This document shows, in pieces, positions 25,423-33,681 of a stretch of DNA of 47,876 nt (the first letter of the stretch is position 1; each line of letters opens with the position of its first letter). A program made the position numbers and the translations under genes. A model generated the notes under the pieces. It ran no database searches. It saw nothing but the letters and a program-made list of their open reading frames with translations, and was not told the origin of the DNA. This stretch comes from Candidatus Moraniibacteriota bacterium (GTDB lineage Bacteria > Patescibacteriota > Minisyncoccia > Moranbacterales > UBA9337): the NCBI GenBank assembly GCA_036584565.1, contig JAZHDF010000076.1, forward strand, positions 1 through 47,876, written 5' to 3'.

Positions 25423-25749
25423 ATGGAAAAATACGGATGGGTATTTATTATATTTATAGCAATAATCATATATACAACCGGCCGTAGCAATGGTTCAGAG
25501 AACGGATATAATGATGGATATCGTGATGGATATTCTGACTCGGAAAATGAATTTTCAGATAAACTTGAAGAGGCCGAAAATTGCATAAATTTATATGATC
25601 AACAATTGTATGATATAGAAAGTCAAATAAATAGCATCTCATCAGATTTGGAATTTTCTTTAGACGGTAATTATTATGATTTAAACTATTCCGTTGATAG
25701 TGCCTATTCAGGTTTAAATTCAATATGGTTTGATAGCCCTTGTCGATAA
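25423..25749 (+). CDS. N-terminally anchored small acidic protein (moron)
   Basis: 108 aa. TM anchor WVFIIFIAIIIYT followed by a polar/acidic domain. It starts 4 nt after the previous stop. Confidence 0.55.
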   Translation: MEKYGWVFIIFIAIIIYTTGRSNGSENGYNDGYRDGYSDSENEFSDKLEEAENCINLYDQQLYDIESQINSISSDLEFSLDGNYYDLNYSVDSAYSGLNSIWFDSPCR

Positions 25750-25781
25750 TTTAAAATAACTTTCCCTTACTTTCTCCTACA

Positions 25782-25808
25782 AGCCTCACTTAATAAGTGG
25801 GGCTTTTT
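25782..25808 (+). terminator. Rho-independent terminator of the moron
   Basis: Stem agcctcac / gtggggct (one G-U pair) with loop ttaataa and a T-run on the + strand only. Confidence 0.7.
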
Positions 25809-25822
25809 AGCAAAAAATAAGT

Positions 25823-26053
25823 TTATTTTTTTCTTCTTCCTGGCTTTCTTTTTTCCTCTTTGATTTCCTCCGCTTTTTCAACTGCAAAGACTCCGGCAAA
25901 AACTTCCTCCTCAACTGCCGTTATGTATGATCTCCTTGCTCTCAAGATTCCCTTTTCTTGATTTGATAGCTTTTCCGGACTCTTTAGCAAAATATCCTCG
26001 ATAAGTTTTTTATCTTGATGAGATAACTCGCTCCTGCTTTTTTTGTCTGACAT
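25823..26053 (-). CDS. Small charged hypothetical protein (head-associated position)
   Basis: 76 aa and Lys/Glu-rich. It carries family A leader copy 2. Confidence 0.45.
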   Translation of the reverse strand: MSDKKSRSELSHQDKKLIEDILLKSPEKLSNQEKGILRARRSYITAVEEEVFAGVFAVEKAEEIKEEKRKPGRRKK

Positions 26054-26079
26054 ATTTTTTTAATTTAATTTATTATTTT
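26050..26079 (-). repeat. 30-nt conserved leader, family A, copy 2
   Basis: Identical to 17380-17409. Confidence 0.9.
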
Positions 26080-26136
26080 TTGATTATTATTTCCTCGCCG
26101 ATATTATCGGCAAGGATAAATAATCACAAAAGATTA

Positions 26137-27294
26137 TTAAGAGGCAATCGCAAAGGTTGCAAAAAGACAAACTCCCGATTTTCTTCTTTCATCGGCAACT
26201 TTTTCGCCATGACCGAACAAGCCCTTGATAAGGTCGCTATGTCCGTTTGGATTTTGTTCTGCTTGGATAACAGACAAGTTTTCAATATAACCGAAAGCTC
26301 CGGTAATAAATGATTTATGTCCACCCACACAATAAAATCCGGTTGTATTGTCTCCGGTAAACCAATCATCAGGCAAGAAATAAAGATCAAACCCGGATGC
26401 CTTGGCAACTTTTCCTTTGGCCACGGTCTCATCAAATACTTCTTTAATGCTTGGATTCAATTCGGTAGCTTTAAGCAACACCGGTTTGGCTGCCATTTCA
26501 GGCAAGGCTAACCATCTCTTTCCATCATTTGGTACTTTTCGACTGGATAGCATACTGGAAAGAACATCCAAATAATATTTGAAATTAGCATCGGTTATTG
26601 CCAACTTGGTATTAGCTTGAATCTCATAGGTAGCGCCGGCGGAAATTGCTCCTCCGTCATAAGCGCTAGTTAGATCATCACTATCATTTTCGATCACAAT
26701 ATGAGTGGTGTCGGTAAAGGTTTTAACTCTGTACCACTTTGTATGTCCGGCGGCCTTAAAAGGCTTTCCCACCATACCGGCGGCAAAAGTTGTACCAACT
26801 CCGACAACTGCTCCGGTTGTTACGGTTACCGTTACGCTTCCGGTTGTATAACTGGTTCCTAGCCAATTTCCGCTGGCTGCGTCGGCATAAAAGTCTAGCA
26901 AGGATTGGTCCATTTCCTCATACAAGGCTTGCGCGGCTTGATCGATAATATCGCTGTTAGGATCTTCGACTGAACTGGCGAAAGAGGCAACAGAATCGAT
27001 TTCATCGGCAATTTCCAAAAAGGTATTGACGATAAGTCTCGAGATAACCTCGGTAACCTTGGTATAAATAATGGTTCCGGTTCCGGCTGTGGATTTCCAT
27101 CCGCCTCCGGTTAATGTAGTAACCACAAATTCCTTAAACTTCTTATCTACTTTCTTTTTCATTTTGGGGTCGCTAACATTCTGCGCCTCAAAATTATCAT
27201 TGACGACATCCACATACATAGATCGCAAAAAGAATTTTTGCAATGCTTTTGTTTGGTACTTGACGGCTGTCGTGGTTGTTCCAAAATTAGGCAT
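26137..27294 (-). CDS. Major capsid protein candidate
   Basis: 385 aa. It lies directly downstream of the acidic scaffold-like ORF. Composition and size fit an HK97-fold capsid protein. The call is positional. Confidence 0.6.
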   Translation of the reverse strand: MPNFGTTTTAVKYQTKALQKFFLRSMYVDVVNDNFEAQNVSDPKMKKKVDKKFKEFVVTTLTGGGWKSTAGTGTIIYTKVTEVISRLIVNTFLEIADEIDSVASFASSVEDPNSDIIDQAAQALYEEMDQSLLDFYADAASGNWLGTSYTTGSVTVTVTTGAVVGVGTTFAAGMVGKPFKAAGHTKWYRVKTFTDTTHIVIENDSDDLTSAYDGGAISAGATYEIQANTKLAITDANFKYYLDVLSSMLSSRKVPNDGKRWLALPEMAAKPVLLKATELNPSIKEVFDETVAKGKVAKASGFDLYFLPDDWFTGDNTTGFYCVGGHKSFITGAFGYIENLSVIQAEQNPNGHSDLIKGLFGHGEKVADERRKSGVCLFATFAIAS

Positions 27295-27330
27295 ATTATT
27301 TATATTTATTTTTGACTGATCAAAAATAAA

Positions 27331-28287
27331 TTAGATTAAATTTTTAAATTTACCCTCGGCAAGCATTTTTCTGTATAATTGCGGATTTTCCTCGCTTAAT
27401 GTTTGTACTTCCTCCCAAGACATATCGTCTTTGATTGTTGTACTCTCACCGCTTCCGGATAAAATTCCGCTCAAGGCTCTGCTCTTTTCTTTCTTTTCAT
27501 TAGCGATTTTCTCCTCTTTAACCTTTTCAATCTTTGACATTACGGTTTGAAATGCCTTGTTTATCGGCATCCCTCCCCTAAATAGTGTTTCGACTGCATC
27601 GGCCAAAGTTGGATCATAATCTTTTGTGTTCTCATCAAGTTCCGGATGCTTTTCCATAAAATCGACAAAATTTTCTGCCTCTCTTACGGTTTGCTCCTCT
27701 TGAATTATTTCTCGGCGTATTTCTTCACGCTCGGCATCCTTTATGGCTTCGTTATCTTCTTCTTCCAAAACATTATCGGGGGTTTGCCCTCTTAATTGTT
27801 TTTCAAGTGATAAATAATGCATTAAAGCGCTTATTTTATCATCTTTAGAATAACTTTTTAGGTCGCTCAATATTTGCTCCTCACTCGGGACATTTTCCTC
27901 CCCTTGTAAGGTTAAAACTCTCACAAACCTATTAGCCAAACGCCGATCAAGACGAGACGGCCGATAATTGTTTTGATTTTGTAAAAAATCATTTTTATTA
28001 TCCGGCGCATTTTCTTGATTTGCTTCCCGGTCTTCACCGGTTTTTTTCTCCTCCGGTTCGGATTTTTCTTCTTCGTCTATGTTTCCATCCGGACTTTCAT
28101 AAACTTTTTGAATATTATCCTCACCAACTATCTCGACAATCCTCGGATCAATGTCCTCTTTTATTTTTTCCGCCTCTTTTTCTTTCGGCTCATCATTGGA
28201 TGGGCTTTGATCAGTGGGCGCTACTGACGGATTATCGTTTTGCGGGGTTTCTACGCTATCCCCGACTAAAGCGGTTTCTTTTTCCAT
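27331..28287 (-). CDS. Scaffolding protein candidate
   Basis: 318 aa, highly acidic and helical (EEKSEPEEKKTGEDRE...). It lies between the portal and capsid genes. Confidence 0.55.
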   Translation of the reverse strand: MEKETALVGDSVETPQNDNPSVAPTDQSPSNDEPKEKEAEKIKEDIDPRIVEIVGEDNIQKVYESPDGNIDEEEKSEPEEKKTGEDREANQENAPDNKNDFLQNQNNYRPSRLDRRLANRFVRVLTLQGEENVPSEEQILSDLKSYSKDDKISALMHYLSLEKQLRGQTPDNVLEEEDNEAIKDAEREEIRREIIQEEQTVREAENFVDFMEKHPELDENTKDYDPTLADAVETLFRGGMPINKAFQTVMSKIEKVKEEKIANEKKEKSRALSGILSGSGESTTIKDDMSWEEVQTLSEENPQLYRKMLAEGKFKNLI

Positions 28288-28376
28288 TTTTTTATTATTA
28301 TTTACCAGTTATCGTTCGGTAACCACGATTGCAATCAGGCCTCTCTTTCGAGAATTTCCCGAAAAGTGTCGCAAAT

Positions 28377-28715
28377 TTATTGCGCCACCGATTCGGAAGA
28401 TCCTTGTCGTCTTTCCATCTCATCTCTGGCTGTTCTTATTGATTCGACTTCGTTTATCAGCTGTCTTATTCCGTTTATTTTCTCGCTTCTTGATATTGCT
28501 ATTGCTCCGACTGTCTCAAGATTTGTTTCGGAAGTGATTGACCCTATATGCACCGGCTCGAGTAAATCGACTATCATTCTGTTGGCCTTGGCTTTAAAAA
28601 CTTTCCATCCCTCGCTTTGAGACATTGTATAAAGCGCATTTTCTTCATCCCCGATATCCGCCCTTTTATACTCATTGACTTCATCTTTGATTTTTTTAAT
28701 TTCTTCTTTTTTCAT
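28377..28715 (-). CDS. Hypothetical head-module protein
   Basis: 112 aa. It starts 6 nt after the portal stop. Confidence 0.45.
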   Translation of the reverse strand: MKKEEIKKIKDEVNEYKRADIGDEENALYTMSQSEGWKVFKAKANRMIVDLLEPVHIGSITSETNLETVGAIAISRSEKINGIRQLINEVESIRTARDEMERRQGSSESVAQ

Positions 28716-28720
28716 ATTTT

Positions 28721-30454
28721 TTAATATAATTCTTGGATATTAGGATTACTCGGCGTTACTTGCTCCGGCATCTGTTCCGTTGGCATAACCGTTGATCCCT
28801 CATCCCCGATTCCCTCAATTGAGTTAGGCTCCTCCACACTGACAACTATTCGATCCCAGTCTTGAACTCCGTTTTCAATCGCCATCCGCTTAATTGCTTC
28901 CCCCCAATTTATTTTTTTTCCGCTTTCGGCAATGCTGGCTTGTATTTCCTTACTTTTGCTGATCATATTGAGTAAATTCATCATCTTTTCCGCGGCATCG
29001 CCTCTTTTTGTACTACTGCCCGGATCCACTTGATATCTAATTGATAAATCTTTCAAAAAATCCTCTCTCACAATTCCGTTACTGAAAACATTTAAATCAC
29101 TTTCCGGATAAGCATTTTTTACATTTTCAAGCGCCTCTTGAATTGATGGTATTGTTATATCCCCCATTCCTCGCTTGCTGGCCACCTCCATCATCATGTC
29201 CGCCACCCTTTCAAAAAACTTCTCTTGCATGTATCTGTCCCAACTATCGCGCGCACCCTCTCTTTCCCCTTGCATTTTTAGCGCTTGCGGTGTTCTACCA
29301 AACCCGACATCAACACTTGAGGAAACAGAAGTATCCGTTGACGCTCCCAAAGACAACAAATTAGCTTTCATTATGTTGTAAGTGCTTTGAAATGTTGATA
29401 ATCCTTGAGGAGAATTTTCCAAAATTCGGACTTTATCAATATTTCCATCCTTGGCAAACCAAAACTTATTATCCACATTGACACTACTCATCACCATCAT
29501 TTCCGGATCTATTATCGTTGTTGGATCAATGCTTTTATCCAAAGAGGCAAAATATTTTCTGGCCAAAGTGTCAATTGATTTTTGAGGGGTTTCCCCTCTC
29601 TCCATATCCGACAAGCACCAAAACCGATCCAATACCGGAATCGTCAATTTTTCCACCATTGGAATACCGGGCCAATAATCTTTTTCCGACACTAAAACTT
29701 TTTTACTATTCGGCTCATATATGATCCAATCCCCTTTTGAATTAAAATAATTTCTTAAAACTATTTGATTATGATTTTTTAATTGATTTTTTTCTTCGCT
29801 CGTCAATGAGGTTTGCTCGACTTGAGACGGCTTGATTTCCTCCAATAGGCTCTTATCCCAAACATCGGGATTTCTTTCGCATCTCTCCTCTAGCCATTTT
29901 TCACTTACGAAAGTATCGACAAAAATATAATCCATATCCCTTATGGAATATTTGCCCGGTTGCGGATAGCATCTTCTTGGATGGATCATTACCATATCCG
30001 GCCCGGTGTATTTGTCGCCCACTTTATAATCAATAAAAACCGGCATTGTCCCATATATCTTTGAATAAACATTGACTTGCCTCATTTTTGTAAAAAAATC
30101 CCCTCCGGTGTTAGCATTCGGCAAAATATACTCATGAAAAACAAGATTGGCGGCGATAACCTTGGATAAATCATTATCCTTAAAAGTTGTAAATTTACCG
30201 GTTGGCATTTGTGCCATTATCCGGCAAGCGCTATCCAAAATTAGGCTGGTCAATTCTCCGGTTGAATAGTAAGACTCCGGCTCTTTATTCGGTTTTTCAC
30301 TCTTGGAACTATTCACATATCGGCCGTAAAACATTGCTTCCCGATCATCCCACTTAAAACCGGAAGACATTACATCCTTTTTCACTTTTTCCGCCTCGTC
30401 AAAATTGGCGATAATATCGCTTGAAATCTCCCCTGATTTTTGTAATTCTTCCAT
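28721..30454 (-). CDS. Portal protein candidate
   Basis: 577 aa. It is the first gene of the structural block, upstream of scaffold and capsid. The call rests on size and position. Confidence 0.6.
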   Translation of the reverse strand: MEELQKSGEISSDIIANFDEAEKVKKDVMSSGFKWDDREAMFYGRYVNSSKSEKPNKEPESYYSTGELTSLILDSACRIMAQMPTGKFTTFKDNDLSKVIAANLVFHEYILPNANTGGDFFTKMRQVNVYSKIYGTMPVFIDYKVGDKYTGPDMVMIHPRRCYPQPGKYSIRDMDYIFVDTFVSEKWLEERCERNPDVWDKSLLEEIKPSQVEQTSLTSEEKNQLKNHNQIVLRNYFNSKGDWIIYEPNSKKVLVSEKDYWPGIPMVEKLTIPVLDRFWCLSDMERGETPQKSIDTLARKYFASLDKSIDPTTIIDPEMMVMSSVNVDNKFWFAKDGNIDKVRILENSPQGLSTFQSTYNIMKANLLSLGASTDTSVSSSVDVGFGRTPQALKMQGEREGARDSWDRYMQEKFFERVADMMMEVASKRGMGDITIPSIQEALENVKNAYPESDLNVFSNGIVREDFLKDLSIRYQVDPGSSTKRGDAAEKMMNLLNMISKSKEIQASIAESGKKINWGEAIKRMAIENGVQDWDRIVVSVEEPNSIEGIGDEGSTVMPTEQMPEQVTPSNPNIQELY

Positions 30455-30530
30455 AATTTTTTATGCTTTTAAGCAAGCATAAACTTGCTTTTGGTTTGTT
30501 TAAAAAACAATTCCCTTTTTACTGACTTAA

Positions 30531-30566
30531 AAAAATAAAAAAAACTCTTATTTAACATAAGAGTTT
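30531..30566 (-). terminator. Second of two tandem rho-independent terminators (- strand)
   Basis: Stem aaactcttat / ataagagttt (10 bp) with loop ttaac. The - strand reads the stem and then tttttatttttt. Confidence 0.7.
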
Positions 30567-30590
30567 AAAAAAACAACCTCTGAAAGGTTG
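30567..30590 (-). terminator. First of two tandem rho-independent terminators (- strand)
   Basis: Stem caacct / aggttg followed by T7 on the - strand. Confidence 0.65.
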
Positions 30591-30742
30591 CATGATCGTT
30601 TATTCAATTTTAGACAAAAACAAAACTCCTATGCCTTGATTTGATTGCTCACCTGTTTGGCGCAAAATCAAGAAAATAGAAGTCCGCTATTATTCGTTTT
30701 TGGGTTTTCTCTCCCACTCGTCAATAATTAGCAATGTTCTAC
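30567..30742 (-). ncRNA. Candidate untranslated late-leader transcript of about 175 nt
   Basis: It is bounded by a near-consensus promoter (30749-30776) and terminator T1. It has no ORF longer than 3 codons from an ATG. It contains the internal hairpin cttgattt...aaatcaag. Confidence 0.35.
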
Positions 30743-30748
30743 AATTTC

Positions 30749-30776
30749 ATAATATCACAAATAAATTATTTGTCAA
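30749..30776 (-). promoter_or_regulatory. Near-consensus sigma70 promoter TTGACA-16-(TGa)TATTAT
   Basis: The - strand reads atatTTGACAaataatttatttgTGaTATTATgaaatt. The -35 element overlaps the TGA stop of the upstream ORF. Confidence 0.6.
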
Positions 30777-31051
30777 ATATTATTTGCAAAGACTCTCACA
30801 ATGTGTATTCCATCCTTGTCTCTGTTCAGACTACCCACACCGCATTTATTTAAATAAAAATAAGCCTCTGTGCAATCTCTCATTTCCCCACAAGTTCTTT
30901 TTCCGGCGCAAGTTCCTGTGTTGGAAGTAACCTCTTTTTGTGATGTTATCACCGGTATTGTTTCCTTTGGTTTTTCTATTTCAGTTTTTGTCAATTCTCC
31001 ATTACAAGAGTTTTCCGACCACAACCCAATCTTTTTTTCTTGATTTTCCAT
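30773..31051 (-). CDS. Cys-rich small protein with an Excalibur-like motif
   Basis: 92 aa. CGEMRDCTEAYFYLNKCGVGSLNRDKDGI resembles the Excalibur Ca-binding domain (C..C.eA...LDRDGDG). Confidence 0.4.
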   Translation of the reverse strand: MENQEKKIGLWSENSCNGELTKTEIEKPKETIPVITSQKEVTSNTGTCAGKRTCGEMRDCTEAYFYLNKCGVGSLNRDKDGIHIVRVFANNI

Positions 31052-31078
31052 ATTTTTAAATTTATTATTATAATTGTA

Positions 31079-31282
31079 TTATAACAAAAAATTGTTTAAA
31101 TCTCTAACCGGTTTATTTTTATACACCATAACCGGCTTTATTTCAAGTCTTCCGGTAAATATCACTTTGACCACCATAAGATCACAACCGCCTCCCCATT
31201 GATTATCTTCCAAGGCATCGTGTATTTCCTGCAAAATTCGGTCTTTTTGTTTTTCTTCTTCTTTTTGTGTTGGTGATAACAT
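31079..31282 (-). CDS. Hypothetical protein
   Basis: 67 aa, tightly packed in the operon. Confidence 0.4.
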   Translation of the reverse strand: MLSPTQKEEEKQKDRILQEIHDALEDNQWGGGCDLMVVKVIFTGRLEIKPVMVYKNKPVRDLNNFLL

Positions 31283-31286
31283 AAAA

Positions 31287-31586
31287 TTATTTAATTTTAA
31301 ATAGTTTTTTGATTTTTCTAACTATTTTTTTAATTTTCTTTGCCACATCTCTTTTAAAGTCTATCCACTTAATCGCAAGCATAAATTTGAGCTGTTTAAT
31401 CAATGCTTTTCTTTCCGCCTTGAGTTCATTTTTTCTCTTTGTTTTTTGACTCAATTCTTCGCTTATTCTCTTAATTTCCCTTATTAAATCCTGAAACTCA
31501 TCACTGTCAAAAGCTGTAACTATGTGCTTACCTCGATACAACTCCATTTTGTTGATATTATAATCAAACTTTAATTTAATGTTCAT
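31287..31586 (-). CDS. Hypothetical basic coiled-coil protein
   Basis: 99 aa. It carries a degenerate family A leader. Confidence 0.45.
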   Translation of the reverse strand: MNIKLKFDYNINKMELYRGKHIVTAFDSDEFQDLIREIKRISEELSQKTKRKNELKAERKALIKQLKFMLAIKWIDFKRDVAKKIKKIVRKIKKLFKIK

Positions 31587-31611
31587 TTTTTTAAATTTAA
31601 TTTATTAGCTT

Positions 31612-32283
31612 TTATTTCAAAAATCCCCTATTATCGTATATTTGAGGCTGTTTATAATTCTCATATCTCGAATAATCCGCTCTTATTTTCCTTTCCGGCT
31701 CGCATTTTTGATACATTTGCCATGCAATCGCTAGGGCCATCACAAGATCATCATGCGCTTTTTTTTCGGCTTGTGCTTTCCAACTGCTTGAGGTTTTAAC
31801 CACGACAAAAGACAACATTTCATTTATTGTTTGCTTATCATAAATTTTAAATAATTGCTTTTCCACTGCATCCTTTAACGCCGAGATCATTACCGGCCTT
31901 GTCGCGCTGTTGGTGTTCCATCCTAACAAATTCGGTTCGTTATTATCCACATTGCCAAACTTCGGCATTTCAAAAACAATATATTTTCCATTGAGATTGA
32001 GTCCGGCCACCCTATCCATCAAAAAGGCTCCGCCATTATTCCTTTCCAGTGCGATCACCGGCTTTGTTTTGGTCATATCAAATACCGCCTCCAATACCCT
32101 CACCAATTCCGGGATAAAATCGGATGTTGTAATACCGCTTTGATACACAAGCGGACAATCTATCTTATTTTTGGATAATACTTGTATGGTGGTATTGTCT
32201 CCGCCTCCGCTTGCCGTGTCTCCGGCAAAGAGTAAAAACTCACCCTGTTCAATTGTTCGATATTGTCGCCACATAATGATCAT
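31612..32283 (-). CDS. terL: Terminase large subunit, nuclease (RNaseH-like) domain only
   Basis: 223 aa. FAGDTASGGGDNTTIQV, IALERNNGG, GWNTNSATRP and AHDDLVMALAIAW match the Terminase_6 C-terminal domain. Confidence 0.8.
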   Translation of the reverse strand: MIIMWRQYRTIEQGEFLLFAGDTASGGGDNTTIQVLSKNKIDCPLVYQSGITTSDFIPELVRVLEAVFDMTKTKPVIALERNNGGAFLMDRVAGLNLNGKYIVFEMPKFGNVDNNEPNLLGWNTNSATRPVMISALKDAVEKQLFKIYDKQTINEMLSFVVVKTSSSWKAQAEKKAHDDLVMALAIAWQMYQKCEPERKIRADYSRYENYKQPQIYDNRGFLK

Positions 32284-32309
32284 TTTTTAATAATTTATCC
32301 AATTTTCTA

Positions 32310-32726
32310 TTAAATATTTATTTTATTAGTTTTAACTGCAAAAAGCCAACATTCTATCTCTTCCTTTGTTAATATTTTTTTAGGGTTTGTTATTCTTTCT
32401 TCATCCAGCCATCGCTTTATCATTCCTATTTTTTTATATAAATCTTCTTTCATTTCTTGTCTCGCTTGCTCTTTGATACATTCATTTTCAATAGTTCCTT
32501 CTGCGAAAAAACTACAACCTTCTTGATAACTTTTCTCTTTTTCTTTTTCTATTATTTGGCGGATAGTAACTTTTATCCAATCCCTATTTACATATTGGTC
32601 TGAAAAGTGTGGTGGCATATTATTTTTGCAATTGCACGCAGGATATTCTTTATCAAATTCTTCCTCCCAATCTTCTTTTTCTAAGTTTTCATCATTTGTC
32701 AAATCTTCAATCATTGATTTTTTCAT
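32310..32726 (-). CDS. Hypothetical protein (island ORF, paralogous segment with the 94-aa ORF)
   Basis: 138 aa. It shares IEKEKEK and ARQEMKEDL segments with ORF 32723-33007, plus a 20-nt identical stretch. Confidence 0.45.
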   Translation of the reverse strand: MKKSMIEDLTNDENLEKEDWEEEFDKEYPACNCKNNMPPHFSDQYVNRDWIKVTIRQIIEKEKEKSYQEGCSFFAEGTIENECIKEQARQEMKEDLYKKIGMIKRWLDEERITNPKKILTKEEIECWLFAVKTNKINI

Positions 32727-33007
32727 AAACCTTTTTCTTTAATTATTTTAATAACAATATCTTTTAAAAATTCCATAACTCCATTATCGTCTATGGCTCT
32801 TATATTTTTAATATCTGCAATCAACTCCTCTTTTAATTCTTGGCGAGCTTTCTCTTTTTCTTTTTCTATGGTTTCAACTAATTTATCGGAAATTTTAATA
32901 GCTCTTTCACTAACAAATACACCCTTGGGAGTTTCAGTCCAACACATTGAGGCTTCTCCGATTGCTTCGTTGACTATTGTTTTATAATTTTCTTTGATGT
33001 TTTTCAT
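32723..33007 (-). CDS. Hypothetical protein (island ORF)
   Basis: 94 aa. 4-nt overlap with the next ORF. Confidence 0.45.
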   Translation of the reverse strand: MKNIKENYKTIVNEAIGEASMCWTETPKGVFVSERAIKISDKLVETIEKEKEKARQELKEELIADIKNIRAIDDNGVMEFLKDIVIKIIKEKGL

Positions 33008-33023
33008 ATTTTTTCAATTTCTA

Positions 33024-33545
33024 TTATTTTAAATTTATATTATTTTTTACTTCGTTTCCCCAGACATCCCAACCCTCTGTTTTTTCTCTTGCAAACATTT
33101 CCAGTTTTGTACATTTAGGAAATTGTCGGCTTATCAATTTCCTAAAATAAGATGGTTTTTTTGAGTGTTTAGATTTTTTTTCCCGATAAACGGAACTTTC
33201 TCTTAATGGTGGTATTGGCGGAGAAAATTTGCCCCTAACACCAACTAATAAAATCTCATGTTGTCCTCTAAACCAATAGCCCATACCAACCCAAGTTTTA
33301 TCCCATACCGCTTGAGTCTTATACTTAAAGCCCCACGCTTTCATAACCTCTAGCGCCTCCAGTAATTTTGGTGCAGTGGCCCAAAGATATAAAACCGAAT
33401 TATCATCCACCGGAACTTTAATATTGCATATATCTGCATTTGTCATTGTTGGATAGTGATTTTCTATTTTATCCGCGTTATCCTTACAAAAATCATATCT
33501 CCAAGGTGGGTCTGCATATATTATTTGATATTTTTTTAGGTTCAT
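33024..33545 (-). CDS. MT-A70-family N6-adenine DNA methyltransferase
   Basis: 173 aa. IIYADPPWRY (DPPW catalytic motif), YLWATAP and AWGFKYKTQAVWDK. Confidence 0.85.
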   Translation of the reverse strand: MNLKKYQIIYADPPWRYDFCKDNADKIENHYPTMTNADICNIKVPVDDNSVLYLWATAPKLLEALEVMKAWGFKYKTQAVWDKTWVGMGYWFRGQHEILLVGVRGKFSPPIPPLRESSVYREKKSKHSKKPSYFRKLISRQFPKCTKLEMFAREKTEGWDVWGNEVKNNINLK

Positions 33546-33546
33546 T

Positions 33547-33681
33547 TTATTTATTATCTTTATTATTTTTTATCCCTGTTTTTTTCTTCGTATCGATTAA
33601 AGCGTAAATATAAATATTATAAGGTTTTTTTGTTTTGTTATTATATCCTTTGGCATAAAGGATTTTTACTTTTATTTTCAT
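33547..33681 (-). CDS. Possible 44-aa basic mini-ORF
   Basis: Its ATG overlaps the TerL-ATPase TGA (ATGA). Its stop is 1 nt before the methylase ATG. It is below the track cutoff. Confidence 0.3.
   Translation of the reverse strand: MKIKVKILYAKGYNNKTKKPYNIYIYALIDTKKKTGIKNNKDNK

Noticed and set aside
28368-28382. The palindrome cgcaa-attta-ttgcg near the scaffold gene as a second copy of the moron operator (attgcg-N6-cgcaat).
   Set aside because: The half-site order and spacing are inverted relative to the moron palindrome, and the arms are only 5 bp. Such a match is likely to arise by chance.
32284-33677. A group I/II intron or an intein as the explanation for the split terminase.
   Set aside because: The intervening 1394 nt are almost entirely occupied by four ORFs with overlapping or abutting start and stop codons. 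That leaves no non-coding RNA core. The halves are in separate ORFs with their own stop and start, not an in-frame intein, and no intein block motifs were seen.
33547-33681. The 44-aa mini-ORF (…KPYNIYIYALIDTKKKTG…) as a remnant of a GIY-YIG homing endonuclease that might have mobilised the island.
   Set aside because: Only a vague resemblance to the first GIY motif. There is no YIG, Arg or Glu/Asn downstream, and the ORF is too short to support the call.
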